From Methanothrix sp. (lineage in GTDB: Archaea; Halobacteriota; Methanosarcinia; Methanotrichales; Methanotrichaceae), in NCBI GenBank assembly GCA_963682135.1, contig OY821645.1, positions 64,001 to 128,000 of the forward strand: a stretch of 64,000 bases of DNA, read 5' to 3'. The notes beneath the pieces are model-generated. The model searched no databases, was not told the origin of the DNA, and saw only the letters and a program-made list of their open reading frames with translations. Of the stretch, positions 27,874-36,542 are shown one piece after another. The first letter of the stretch is position 1. Every line of letters starts with the position of its first letter. The position numbers were made by a program, and so were the translations under genes.

Positions 27874-28594
27874 TCAGATGATTTCCGCGAAGATCTCCAG
27901 ATGCTCCTCGGGCTTTGTCAGGTAATCCAGAAGACCCGGCTCTCTGAGCAGCGGATACATCTCTCTCTTCTTGGTCAGGCCAAGTCTGCGAAGGCTACTG
28001 CTATCAGGTGCCTGCACTCGGCGCAGCTCTCCCGCTTCAGGGCATCGCTCGTTCTTAATCCAGCCGTCTTTTGTGAAGAAGTAAGCTCCGCCCTTTTTCT
28101 CTCGGTAGGGTTCATAAAGTGATGAGAAGCTCCTGGCCACATAGTTGGCCATCTTCAGCGTCTTATTGGAGCGATTTATGGTGATATGGCCGTAACCTGG
28201 CGGTACGAGGACCTTGTCTCCTGCCGTGGCAGAGATCGCCACCACATCGCTGAGGTCCTGGTTTTGCAGAAGGTAGAGGGCATCTCCCTCGATTACCTCG
28301 TATAGCTCCGGATAGGTGACAGCGCTGCCGGGCACATTGGGATGATAATGACCGGCTGTCTTGATGTATTCGCATCCGAGCATACTTGGCGGGATAATAG
28401 TGATATCATAGCGCAGGTTATTTTGCAGGAGCTTCTCATTATCTGCTCGGCTCAAGGAAAGGTCGCGATACATATAATAGAGCTCAAAATCCTCAGCTCC
28501 GGCAAGCCAGTTCTGATCCAGGATGACTTCCTTCATGTCGATTAGTCTACGAACATCTGGCGTTAGTATTTTGCCGCTAAACTCCATTTGCATT
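27874..28594 (-). CDS. Cupin-type glucose-6-phosphate isomerase family protein
   Basis: LYYMYR, LRYDITII, KTAGHYH, YPELYEV and VPPGYGHITIN. The start is uncertain; the ORF extends to 28686. Confidence 0.85.
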
Positions 28595-28762
28595 TTTTGT
28601 GCCACCAATTGATATTGTGTATTTTCAGGAATAAATATGATCGCATCTTCTCCCTTTCTTTCATTCCGGCAAAAGATCACCAGCACAGCTAGGATCGACT
28701 AATCGCCAAGGCAAAATCCTTTTTATTCGGATGTACCTGGTGGCTTTTTCGCTGCAACTGCT

Positions 28763-29212
28763 TTAGCAGGCTTCTGGGCTGGTGATGGTGAAGTACTCCG
28801 TAAGCACCTTTCTGTAGTCCACGATCACGTCCACCTTCCAGGTTCCCGGCAGGCGAGCAACATCAGTCCCCTTGATCTTCAGGCAACTCCAGACCGGTGC
28901 AGCCCACATTCCCGTAAATCCATCGATGGGCGGTATGGTGCTAAAAGACCGGGCATATGTCCTGCCTTCTGGCCAGTACCATCTCCACTCCACACTGTGT
29001 ACCTTGGCATCTCGCCAGATGAGCAGCCAGGAAGCGGCCTGCTCGTCATCGGAGGTAAATGTATACGTCCGGTAAAGCGGCATGCCGTTTTGGCTGATCT
29101 CTTTGGCGATGGTATGTTCGGAAAGCGGAAAGAACATGGGATGGGATGCCTGGCCTACCCCGCCCATGATTAAAACCGCCAGAACGACGATTGCTAGAAC
29201 TCTTTCACTCAT
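28763..29212 (-). CDS. Secreted hypothetical protein (beta-rich)
   Basis: Signal-like N-terminus, WRWYWPEG and PGTWKVDV. RBS AGGTGAGGAG. Confidence 0.65.
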   Translation of the reverse strand: MSERVLAIVVLAVLIMGGVGQASHPMFFPLSEHTIAKEISQNGMPLYRTYTFTSDDEQAASWLLIWRDAKVHSVEWRWYWPEGRTYARSFSTIPPIDGFTGMWAAPVWSCLKIKGTDVARLPGTWKVDVIVDYRKVLTEYFTITSPEAC

Positions 29213-29341
29213 TGCTCCTCACCTATAACTTTGTAAGTTTATTGTAACCCCAATAGTATAATAATTTAATGTACCATAAAAAGATGACGATTGGATCTTT
29301 CCCGGAACAATCCTTGTGAAGGCTTTTTTTGCAGAGAACCA

Positions 29342-29974
29342 TTAAATCAATAGCGGTCGTATGCAACGTCCTCTGGCAATTTCTCCCGGAAGATCTATCA
29401 CACTCGATGCGGCATCAATCACATTTCCGTCACTGCTGGCAATTATGCTGCCGCAGACCTTGAGCTGATGGTCGACATCCCGAGCACACCTGGCCGCGCC
29501 CGAAAGAGCTCGCTTTGCCATCATGCTGCGCACTTCTCTGGCCAGTTCTCCGCTGCGGCTGATTTGCTGATCCAATAACACCTCCACGCGAGAAGTCCCG
29601 GCATAGGCCAGCAGATCTAATATCTCAGAAAACGCACAACAGGCAACAATCGATTCTTTTTCGCGTCTGAAAAATCCTCGCGTATCCCGCAAAAAGCCGT
29701 CATCGCAGAGATACACCGGATACCCGGCCAAGAGGCTGTGGGTGGTGATGGAGGTGTTGTATCCGTCCACAAACACAACCCTGTCACGCAAAGCATGCAA
29801 TCGCAGGGCTTTGGCCATTCTGGCGAGTGCCGTATCAGCAGATAGGATGGTTCTTTGCAGAACAAACCTCAGCTCATCCGGCAGGCGATGATGATCCGAA
29901 ACATAGCGAATTGCCGAGTCAGTGGGATAGCCGCGATCTATCAGGTACCTGGCCTCACTGGCGGCTGCTTTCAG
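29342..29974 (-). CDS. DUF434 domain protein (probable CTG start)
   Basis: The frame is open upstream of the listed ATG and reads LKAAASEARYLIDRGYP..AIRYVSDHHRL. Also VDGYN and DDGFLRD. Confidence 0.8.
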   Translation of the reverse strand: MKAAASEARYLIDRGYPTDSAIRYVSDHHRLPDELRFVLQRTILSADTALARMAKALRLHALRDRVVFVDGYNTSITTHSLLAGYPVYLCDDGFLRDTRGFFRREKESIVACCAFSEILDLLAYAGTSRVEVLLDQQISRSGELAREVRSMMAKRALSGAARCARDVDHQLKVCGSIIASSDGNVIDAASSVIDLPGEIARGRCIRPLLI

Positions 29975-30504
29975 TCTTCCTCCTTCACCCTGGCCGACCT
30001 TCTCACCTCCTGATAAAGGTCCTTTCCGTGAGCGTCTACGGCTACAATCATGGGGCCGAACTCTTTTGCCTCAAAGACCCAGAGTGACTCAGCCATGCCC
30101 AGCTCCGGCAAGTGCACGCCCAGTATCCTCAGTTGCTGCGCAGCAGCGGCTCCGCATCCGCCAGGATAGGCCAGGTAGACAGCTCTGTCCCGGAAGGGCT
30201 CGCCAGGCAGGCCACCTTTGCCGATGATGGCCCGTACACCCAACTCCAGGATCTCGTCAGTGTAACGGGCCATGCGTCCGCTAGTGGTCGGTCCGGCGGA
30301 TAGGACCCGGTTGTCCATGATAAGCGGACCACAGTGGTAAAGGGCGGCCCCATCAAGAGATACAGGGCTTCCCGCGCGGCGTATCAGGGCATGAGCTTTA
30401 TCACGAGCGGTAAAGAGCTGACCGCTTAAATATACCACATCTCCGGCTACGAGCTTTTCCACATCAGCGCCTGAAAGGGGTGTTTGCATATGATATTTCG
30501 TCAT
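29971..30504 (-). CDS. Class I fumarate hydratase/tartrate dehydratase, beta subunit
   Basis: GDVVYLSG..TARDKAH, YHCGP, AGPTTSGRM, IGKGG and ELGMAES. Confidence 0.9.
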   Translation of the reverse strand: MTKYHMQTPLSGADVEKLVAGDVVYLSGQLFTARDKAHALIRRAGSPVSLDGAALYHCGPLIMDNRVLSAGPTTSGRMARYTDEILELGVRAIIGKGGLPGEPFRDRAVYLAYPGGCGAAAAQQLRILGVHLPELGMAESLWVFEAKEFGPMIVAVDAHGKDLYQEVRRSARVKEED

Positions 30505-31307
30505 TGGACCGCCTCCGTTGCGCTGCGGTTGGCCCAGCACTGAAAGTTTATGGCTACCGGCAGGCTGGCAGTGTGGCAAAAGGCCTTCTCAATTTTTACG
30601 CCAAGAGCTGTGGTATCTCCGCCCAGGCCCATGGGGCCGATGCCTAGCGAATTAATTCTCTTTAGGAGCTGCAACTCCTCCTGAGTTTCGCCGGGCATGG
30701 TCAGCAGAGCCCGCTTGGCCATGCGGGCTGCCAGGTCGAAGCTGCCGCCCAGGCCAATGCCCAGGAAAAGAGGCGGGCAGGCGTTGGCAGCTCGCTTTGC
30801 CACCGTCCTCACAATGAAATCAAAGGGATCGTCCGCCGGATTGAGCATACCCACAAGGCTCATGTTCTCTGAGCCTGCCCCCTTGGGAAAGGCAGTGAGA
30901 GACAGGCCCCGGCCATCTACATAATCCAGAATAACATCGGGCATGCCTGGACCGGTGTTGTCTTTGCTGTTCTTGCGGGTTAGGGGATCCACGGCATTGG
31001 GTCGCAATGGGATCTTGTCCGTGGCGATTCTTACGCCCTCTGCTATCGCCTCGGAGAGGCTGAAGTCCAGAGACAGATCGCGACCGATCTTAACATGAAA
31101 TATGGTAAGGCCCGTGTCCTGACAGAGGGGCAGGCCTTTGGCGGTGGCAACCGCTACATTCTCCAGCATGAACTGCAGATGCTGCCTGGCGAGAGGCAGG
31201 CTCTCCCGGTCCGCTGCCTCTTGGATTCTCAGCAGGACCCAATCGGGCAGAGATGTCTCCGCTCTTTGCAAGGCACGCACTGTGGCCTGCACCACCCGAT
31301 CTCTCAT
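30501..31307 (-). CDS. Class I fumarate hydratase/tartrate dehydratase, alpha subunit
   Basis: PLCQDTG, LRPN, KGAGSEN, ACPP, GIGPMGLGG, HTASLPVA and CWANR. Confidence 0.92.
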   Translation of the reverse strand: MRDRVVQATVRALQRAETSLPDWVLLRIQEAADRESLPLARQHLQFMLENVAVATAKGLPLCQDTGLTIFHVKIGRDLSLDFSLSEAIAEGVRIATDKIPLRPNAVDPLTRKNSKDNTGPGMPDVILDYVDGRGLSLTAFPKGAGSENMSLVGMLNPADDPFDFIVRTVAKRAANACPPLFLGIGLGGSFDLAARMAKRALLTMPGETQEELQLLKRINSLGIGPMGLGGDTTALGVKIEKAFCHTASLPVAINFQCWANRSATEAVQ

Positions 31308-32038
31308 GCCTTTTGCCCCTTCTTGCCAGGCTGGATCTTAATGGGTTTGGACTGTTCAGGCAGCTTGAGGTTGGTAAGCTTGCCAAGAGCCCTTTCCATG
31401 GCGTCCTTGTGCAGGTCTCCTGAGGTGTGAATGCCCCCCGGAGTTCCGCGAACGGCACGACAGGGATACTGCTGGCAGAAGAGACCGGTCATGGACGCCG
31501 CTTCTTCTACAGTCTTTCCCTTTATACCTGCGGCAGCATGCCAGGTAGCTCCGCAGGGCGAGCCGCGCACGACTTTTACATCGCTGATGCGCCCGTCCTT
31601 CGTTTCTACCTCCAGCTCCGGTTTGCCCAATTTCCTGGCAAACTGGTCGATAACGGGAACGCCGCATTCCTCCAGGGTGCAACAGATCTCATCCACCTCG
31701 ATGTGGATGCCGTACTCTTCTGCAATCCTCTCTAGTTCGCCTATCGAGCCAGCCCGGCCAATGCCGCCGGGAATTATGGCCGCTTTGACTCCTCCTTTCG
31801 CCGCCAGTCGCACTATCTCCGGAGTCAGGTCGGGATGAAAAGTGTAGAGAATGAGCAAGTCCGCCTGGAAGATCCTGGGATCAAGGTTCAGCTCTTTGAC
31901 AAACTCTTCCGGATCCTCGATAAAGCCGGGCAGCACCTGGGGAACATCGACTGAGACGACCGCAAAGTCGGTTCTAGTCTTGATGGTCTCCAACAGGCGC
32001 TCACCGTATTTTCCTCTTTTAACTACGCCAACCAGCAT
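31304..32038 (-). CDS. DUF166 family protein
   Basis: RGKYGER, HPDLT, ICC, RGSPCGATW and YPCRA. Confidence 0.82.
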   Translation of the reverse strand: MLVGVVKRGKYGERLLETIKTRTDFAVVSVDVPQVLPGFIEDPEEFVKELNLDPRIFQADLLILYTFHPDLTPEIVRLAAKGGVKAAIIPGGIGRAGSIGELERIAEEYGIHIEVDEICCTLEECGVPVIDQFARKLGKPELEVETKDGRISDVKVVRGSPCGATWHAAAGIKGKTVEEAASMTGLFCQQYPCRAVRGTPGGIHTSGDLHKDAMERALGKLTNLKLPEQSKPIKIQPGKKGQKA

Positions 32039-32093
32039 GAATCATTGGATGAATGCTGGTGTTAATAGAGATTTGGCTGGGAAATCAAAAGAT

Positions 32094-32201
32094 GGTCATG
32101 TACTTGAGTTACAGAAAAGGTATCTTGAATCCCATCAGCTCCTTGATAGTCCATACATGATCAGTCATTCCTTCTGCCATTGCAGGTGTTCTTTGCTGCC
32201 A
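32094..32201 (-). mobile_element. IS1-family remnant (transposase C-terminus and end)
   Basis: Minus strand reads [30 protein letters not shown], typical of archaeal IS1 transposase tails. It is followed by a GGT-starting terminus. Confidence 0.7.
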
Positions 32202-32395
32202 CACACTGTGCCCGAACGCGCCCGCCCGGGGGCCCGCGAGCAGCTTTACGCAGTCTCATCGACACCTGGCTACCCTAATTTATGCGCAAGATTTTATAAT
32301 CATTAATCAGTAACCTTAATAATATTAACGTTCACTATTAGCTTTCAGCGTGCTGAAAGCTAAGAATTTAGAGCCCGCATGCAAGAGGTAAGAAT

Positions 32396-33283
32396 ATGAA
32401 ATCCAATAGAATAGCTGTCGGTATTATCATGATTGCCATGCTTGTCTCCCTTCTATCAATTTCATTGGTAGAAGGAAAAGATTTGACTCAATCGGATTAT
32501 GAGGAGTACATTTTGAATTTTATCGGGGCAGCCTCTTATCAGTTGCCTGAACCGCCTTCTACTCTGTCGTCCCTTATCATGAGTTCCCCGAACCTCACGA
32601 TGGGTGCTCTAAGAAATTGGGCATACAATAATATGCTGTCAACGACGCGTAACCTTTTGGATGCAGATCAGAGCGGCAACAAGGAGCAAATAGACTACTA
32701 CAATAATCAGCTGGACCGCTGGCAAGCTGTGTATTCCTGCCTCAATGGAGATTGCGGGCATATGCAACAATTGGAGGCAGGTTCGGGGGCAGAACAGGCA
32801 GGAACAGTACAGGCCACAACTGTCGCAACACCTGCCACAGGAAGACTTGCCGCCAATGGAACCAGTTATCAGAAAGGGGCGCTCCTCATTGGGCCCGTAT
32901 CTCTTACAGCCGAATGGACCGATCCCCAAGATATCTTATTTCTTGATCAGGGCCGGCCTTATATCATTGTGGGAGAGGGGACATGCAGCCTCTGGGACAA
33001 CCCACCTGAACCGGATGGCGTGGATTCCTGCTTCGTTTATGCCAAATGGCGAATTGGAGATGTACCGCAAGTATGGGGTCAACTGGAATTGGTCGATCCT
33101 TCGGCTCACCTGAGCGATCTCATCGAGAGGAATACCGGAAAGCCGGCAGAATACAATCCATCCCATATCTATGAGGCAGTTGTCTTTGGAGAAGGAAAGA
33201 TGCTCAAAGCCCGTGTCTTCGATGGCGGAGGCTACAGCGATAATCACGGAGAATTGAGAATCAGTGTCTACCAGGCAATCTAA
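32396..33283 (+). CDS. Secreted hypothetical protein
   Basis: Signal peptide, helical N-domain, Thr/Ala linker and a beta-sandwich-like C-terminus ending YSDNHGELRISV. Confidence 0.7.
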   Translation: MKSNRIAVGIIMIAMLVSLLSISLVEGKDLTQSDYEEYILNFIGAASYQLPEPPSTLSSLIMSSPNLTMGALRNWAYNNMLSTTRNLLDADQSGNKEQIDYYNNQLDRWQAVYSCLNGDCGHMQQLEAGSGAEQAGTVQATTVATPATGRLAANGTSYQKGALLIGPVSLTAEWTDPQDILFLDQGRPYIIVGEGTCSLWDNPPEPDGVDSCFVYAKWRIGDVPQVWGQLELVDPSAHLSDLIERNTGKPAEYNPSHIYEAVVFGEGKMLKARVFDGGGYSDNHGELRISVYQAI

Positions 33284-33713
33284 TGCTACAAATGGATTGG
33301 GATAGATGGATTGAGATGAGATATAATTTCAATTGCGCACGGCAGGCATACTGTACGCGCCCTGTAATCCATCGTCACTTATTTTTGGGCCACCGCGCAC
33401 TGTTCTCACGTCCTCAGCCTGAAATGGCACACCCTGCCGCCCCGATCTCTTGGGATCAAGAGGTGCTGAAACGATAATCGCAATCGTCTATATCTATTAT
33501 AAGTTATACGGCTGGTTGGCGATCCGCGGCAAACACTGTTTTTATCTTCCCTCCTTTACCCGGATCGCCATCCCTCATTTTATCTCTCGATCCTTTCATT
33601 AGTTCAAATATCCCAGCCCTTCGACTTGGTGGGGAGCTAGCCTAAGTCCGCCTCAATAACATTCATCATACCTTCTTTTGCATTCTGCCAAGTCGTCAAA
33701 GCGCGAGCCGCTC

Positions 33714-33806
33714 TGTCGGTCGTAGCGTCGCCTCGTCTTTTTCATGTGCTTCCCTCCATGAGTTGATGTTGCTTAACTCATTGTCTACTCGGAGGGGTTC
33801 ACTTCA
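33714..33806 (-). mobile_element. IS3-family left-end remnant
   Basis: Minus strand TGAAGTGAACCCCTCCGAGTAGACA (IS3-like IR), then an RBS and MKKTRRRYDR (orfA-like start) that breaks off. Confidence 0.55.
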
Positions 33807-33842
33807 ATTCTGATGCTATAGGGTTTCGAGACATTCAGGACT

Positions 33843-36542
33843 CTATAATGAATTGGTTTTTTCGCGAAGCTGTCTTCTACCAATCCCCAAATAATCCTCA
33901 AATATGCGGTACTCCAGGTTATACAAAGCTGCCAGATCGTAACTCTCTCTGTCCACCATGCTCGGATCAGCCTTAGGATATCCCATAAAGCCTGGCCTGG
34001 CAAATAGGCCGTCCTTAAATACCTGAGATTCTGTAAATAACAGGAACTTGCCTTTGCCGTAATGCGCTTCTGCCAATACCACCCGCCCCTCAATGGCAAG
34101 AAGTGGCCTGCCTCCTTTGATGGCCAATCCCCAGGGCTTTATGGGCAATCCATCTTTCCACGCCCAAACCGTGTCCCTCAAGGAATCGTTTGCAGCAATA
34201 TCAGCAGGCTCTTGTAGATCATATGTTTGCATGCCGAAATTTTTTATTACATCCGACCAGGCCCCCTCTGAAGAAACCATGAGCAAAACGTTGTTTCCGC
34301 CTTTGATGTAATCTTGCAGTGATGCCAATTCTTCTCGTGACAATTCCGCCACTGGATCGATCACCACCATCGCTCTACCCTTGGCCATAGCATCCTGCAT
34401 CCGCTCTTCCATCGCCGGCGTCAAATTGACCCTCTGCGTCCATATGTAAAAGGTCTCATACTCTCCCTGCAAGTCTCCCCGGCTGGTAATATTTCCAGAA
34501 TGCTCCCCGTCAAATCCGACCGTATGGTTGTAATCATAGAACTGGCTGGGGATGGTGTTCTCCCCTTTTGTGGAAAATATCTGCAGCGCCCCGCCGACAG
34601 CAAGGGCTCCTATGGCCAGCACGACCAGCAGCGCTGCCATCTTCCGCTCTCCCCAGCTCTCTCTTCCCAGCAGGAATAGAGCCAGGCATGCGAAGATCAA
34701 TCCCAAGAGGAATAGGATCTGCTTTTCATTCTCATAGGAATTCTTGCGATTGAGGTACTCCATAGCCCCGATGACAAAATTGCAGGAGCCACCGAAGAAT
34801 ATCCTAAAATTGGATATGATGGTGGAATCGGCAAATGCCACAACTCTTCCTTTTCCATATTTCACTGCCACCGCCTGATTTAGGAGACCCCAAGCTGTGT
34901 CCGTGACTTGCGTGGGATCGTTCTCCCTTGTCTCTCTGAAAAATCCCACCGAGGCAAACTCGCCGGGATCGGCACGAAGGCCTGAGCCCACGATCACAGG
35001 CTCGCTCCAGAGAGGTGCCTCAAGGCTGCAGCCGGTCATGAAATCCAGATTGGGCATATACTTGATGACCGGATGCAGAAAGTTTTCTCGCTGGAAGTAA
35101 AATAGTCTTCCCTTGATGGTATTGACGGCATCAAACCCGAATTCTATTCCGAATTTCCCGGATAGTTGGTTCAGATTAGTGCCGATGCCGGCGAAGTTGG
35201 TATGATCGCCGATCAGGAAGAGTCCGCCTCCGTTCTCCACAAAACGCACTATAGCGTTAATTTCGGATGGTTGATAAGCGGAAGGAGTCTTTATTATTAA
35301 TATATCATAATTCGTTAGAATCTCATCAGTTATACGATCTGATATAATATCGGGGACGACTTTCGTTGCGCCTGTTACATTCCATTCCTCAAAAGACGGG
35401 CTTACGATACGGTCCACCTGATAGGTATCATTGAGCCATTCGATCATGCTGTAGGAATTGTAGGTGGAATTTTCCCCATACCAATTCCGGTCAAGCTTGA
35501 GTGTGGAGAACTCCCAGATGGAATGGATCTCATCCACCAAAACCCGTCCCTCCTTCTCTGTACCAGTATCCAGAAAGAGTGCTGAGGAGGTCAAACAGAA
35601 AACGCTTAGAATTGCCACCGTGAGAGCCATGGCCTTCTTTCTGTCCACCTGCATCTGGAAATCAAGCTTGAGTACTTCGGGAATTTTCAAACGGAGGAAC
35701 AGCAGCACCAGTGGCACAAAACTCAATATCAGCCACCAGGAGTCTGTGAAGATATCATTCCTCACACCAGCTGCTTCAGGTAAATCTCTGTAAAAAAATA
35801 TATGTACAAGAATGACATACCTCAGCAAGGAGTAGAGAATGCTGACGATAATGGTCAGAAGAGCACGTTTTAAGAAAGAAAAAATATTTTGCGATATTAT
35901 GAATAATATTAATAATGAACCAACGTATATCAAGATCCATGGATAGAAGCCAAGCTTTTCGAAGGTTACCGTAAAGGGGAACACCTTCTCTTGGGCAAGG
36001 ATAAAGACCACACCCCCATTTGCTGCTGCATCAATGCCCGTCAGGTCAAGGATGTATGCTATGCCGGAGGCCAGAGCCCCAGCAAAGTGATAATTTGCAG
36101 CCAGGATATAGTAGATGGAAAGGGCCAGAGACTGCAAGATAAGGACTGTCCCGGAAAATATGGCAGCCAGCCAGATCATAACCAATCTGGGAGCGACCAG
36201 AGCGACCGCAAGACCAACGATACAGATGATCAGGCCTGCATTATAAGGATAAGGGATCGCCCAGCTGGAGAGAAGCAGGGGGGGTAAAATGGCGCCGTAT
36301 TTCTGATCAATAGATGCATCAGTCCTCCAAAAGGATATGACGGAAATTGCTATCCCCAGCAGAAGGGATGATATGCCCAGAATAGAGCTGGTTGTCTGGC
36401 CGTAAATATCAACAGAGAACAACCAGAATGCAGCTAATGGTATCACTGCCAACCATAATAATTGCTTCATGCTTTGCATCATGTCATCCCAAATTTTTAC
36501 ATAGTTAGAATCTTCTGCAATAGCTCGATATTTCCCAACCAC
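33843..36542 (-). CDS. Large polytopic membrane protein with an exosortase-like segment and two GATase-like (DUF4350/GldG-like) extracellular domains; start probably near 36482
   Basis: About 10 N-terminal TMs. RVLVDEIHSIWE, YDILIIKTP, FVENGGGLFLIGDHT and YGKGRVVAFADS. Confidence 0.7.
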   Translation of the reverse strand: MVGKYRAIAEDSNYVKIWDDMMQSMKQLLWLAVIPLAAFWLFSVDIYGQTTSSILGISSLLLGIAISVISFWRTDASIDQKYGAILPPLLLSSWAIPYPYNAGLIICIVGLAVALVAPRLVMIWLAAIFSGTVLILQSLALSIYYILAANYHFAGALASGIAYILDLTGIDAAANGGVVFILAQEKVFPFTVTFEKLGFYPWILIYVGSLLILFIISQNIFSFLKRALLTIIVSILYSLLRYVILVHIFFYRDLPEAAGVRNDIFTDSWWLILSFVPLVLLFLRLKIPEVLKLDFQMQVDRKKAMALTVAILSVFCLTSSALFLDTGTEKEGRVLVDEIHSIWEFSTLKLDRNWYGENSTYNSYSMIEWLNDTYQVDRIVSPSFEEWNVTGATKVVPDIISDRITDEILTNYDILIIKTPSAYQPSEINAIVRFVENGGGLFLIGDHTNFAGIGTNLNQLSGKFGIEFGFDAVNTIKGRLFYFQRENFLHPVIKYMPNLDFMTGCSLEAPLWSEPVIVGSGLRADPGEFASVGFFRETRENDPTQVTDTAWGLLNQAVAVKYGKGRVVAFADSTIISNFRIFFGGSCNFVIGAMEYLNRKNSYENEKQILFLLGLIFACLALFLLGRESWGERKMAALLVVLAIGALAVGGALQIFSTKGENTIPSQFYDYNHTVGFDGEHSGNITSRGDLQGEYETFYIWTQRVNLTPAMEERMQDAMAKGRAMVVIDPVAELSREELASLQDYIKGGNNVLLMVSSEGAWSDVIKNFGMQTYDLQEPADIAANDSLRDTVWAWKDGLPIKPWGLAIKGGRPLLAIEGRVVLAEAHYGKGKFLLFTESQVFKDGLFARPGFMGYPKADPSMVDRESYDLAALYNLEYRIFEDYLGIGRRQLREKTNSL

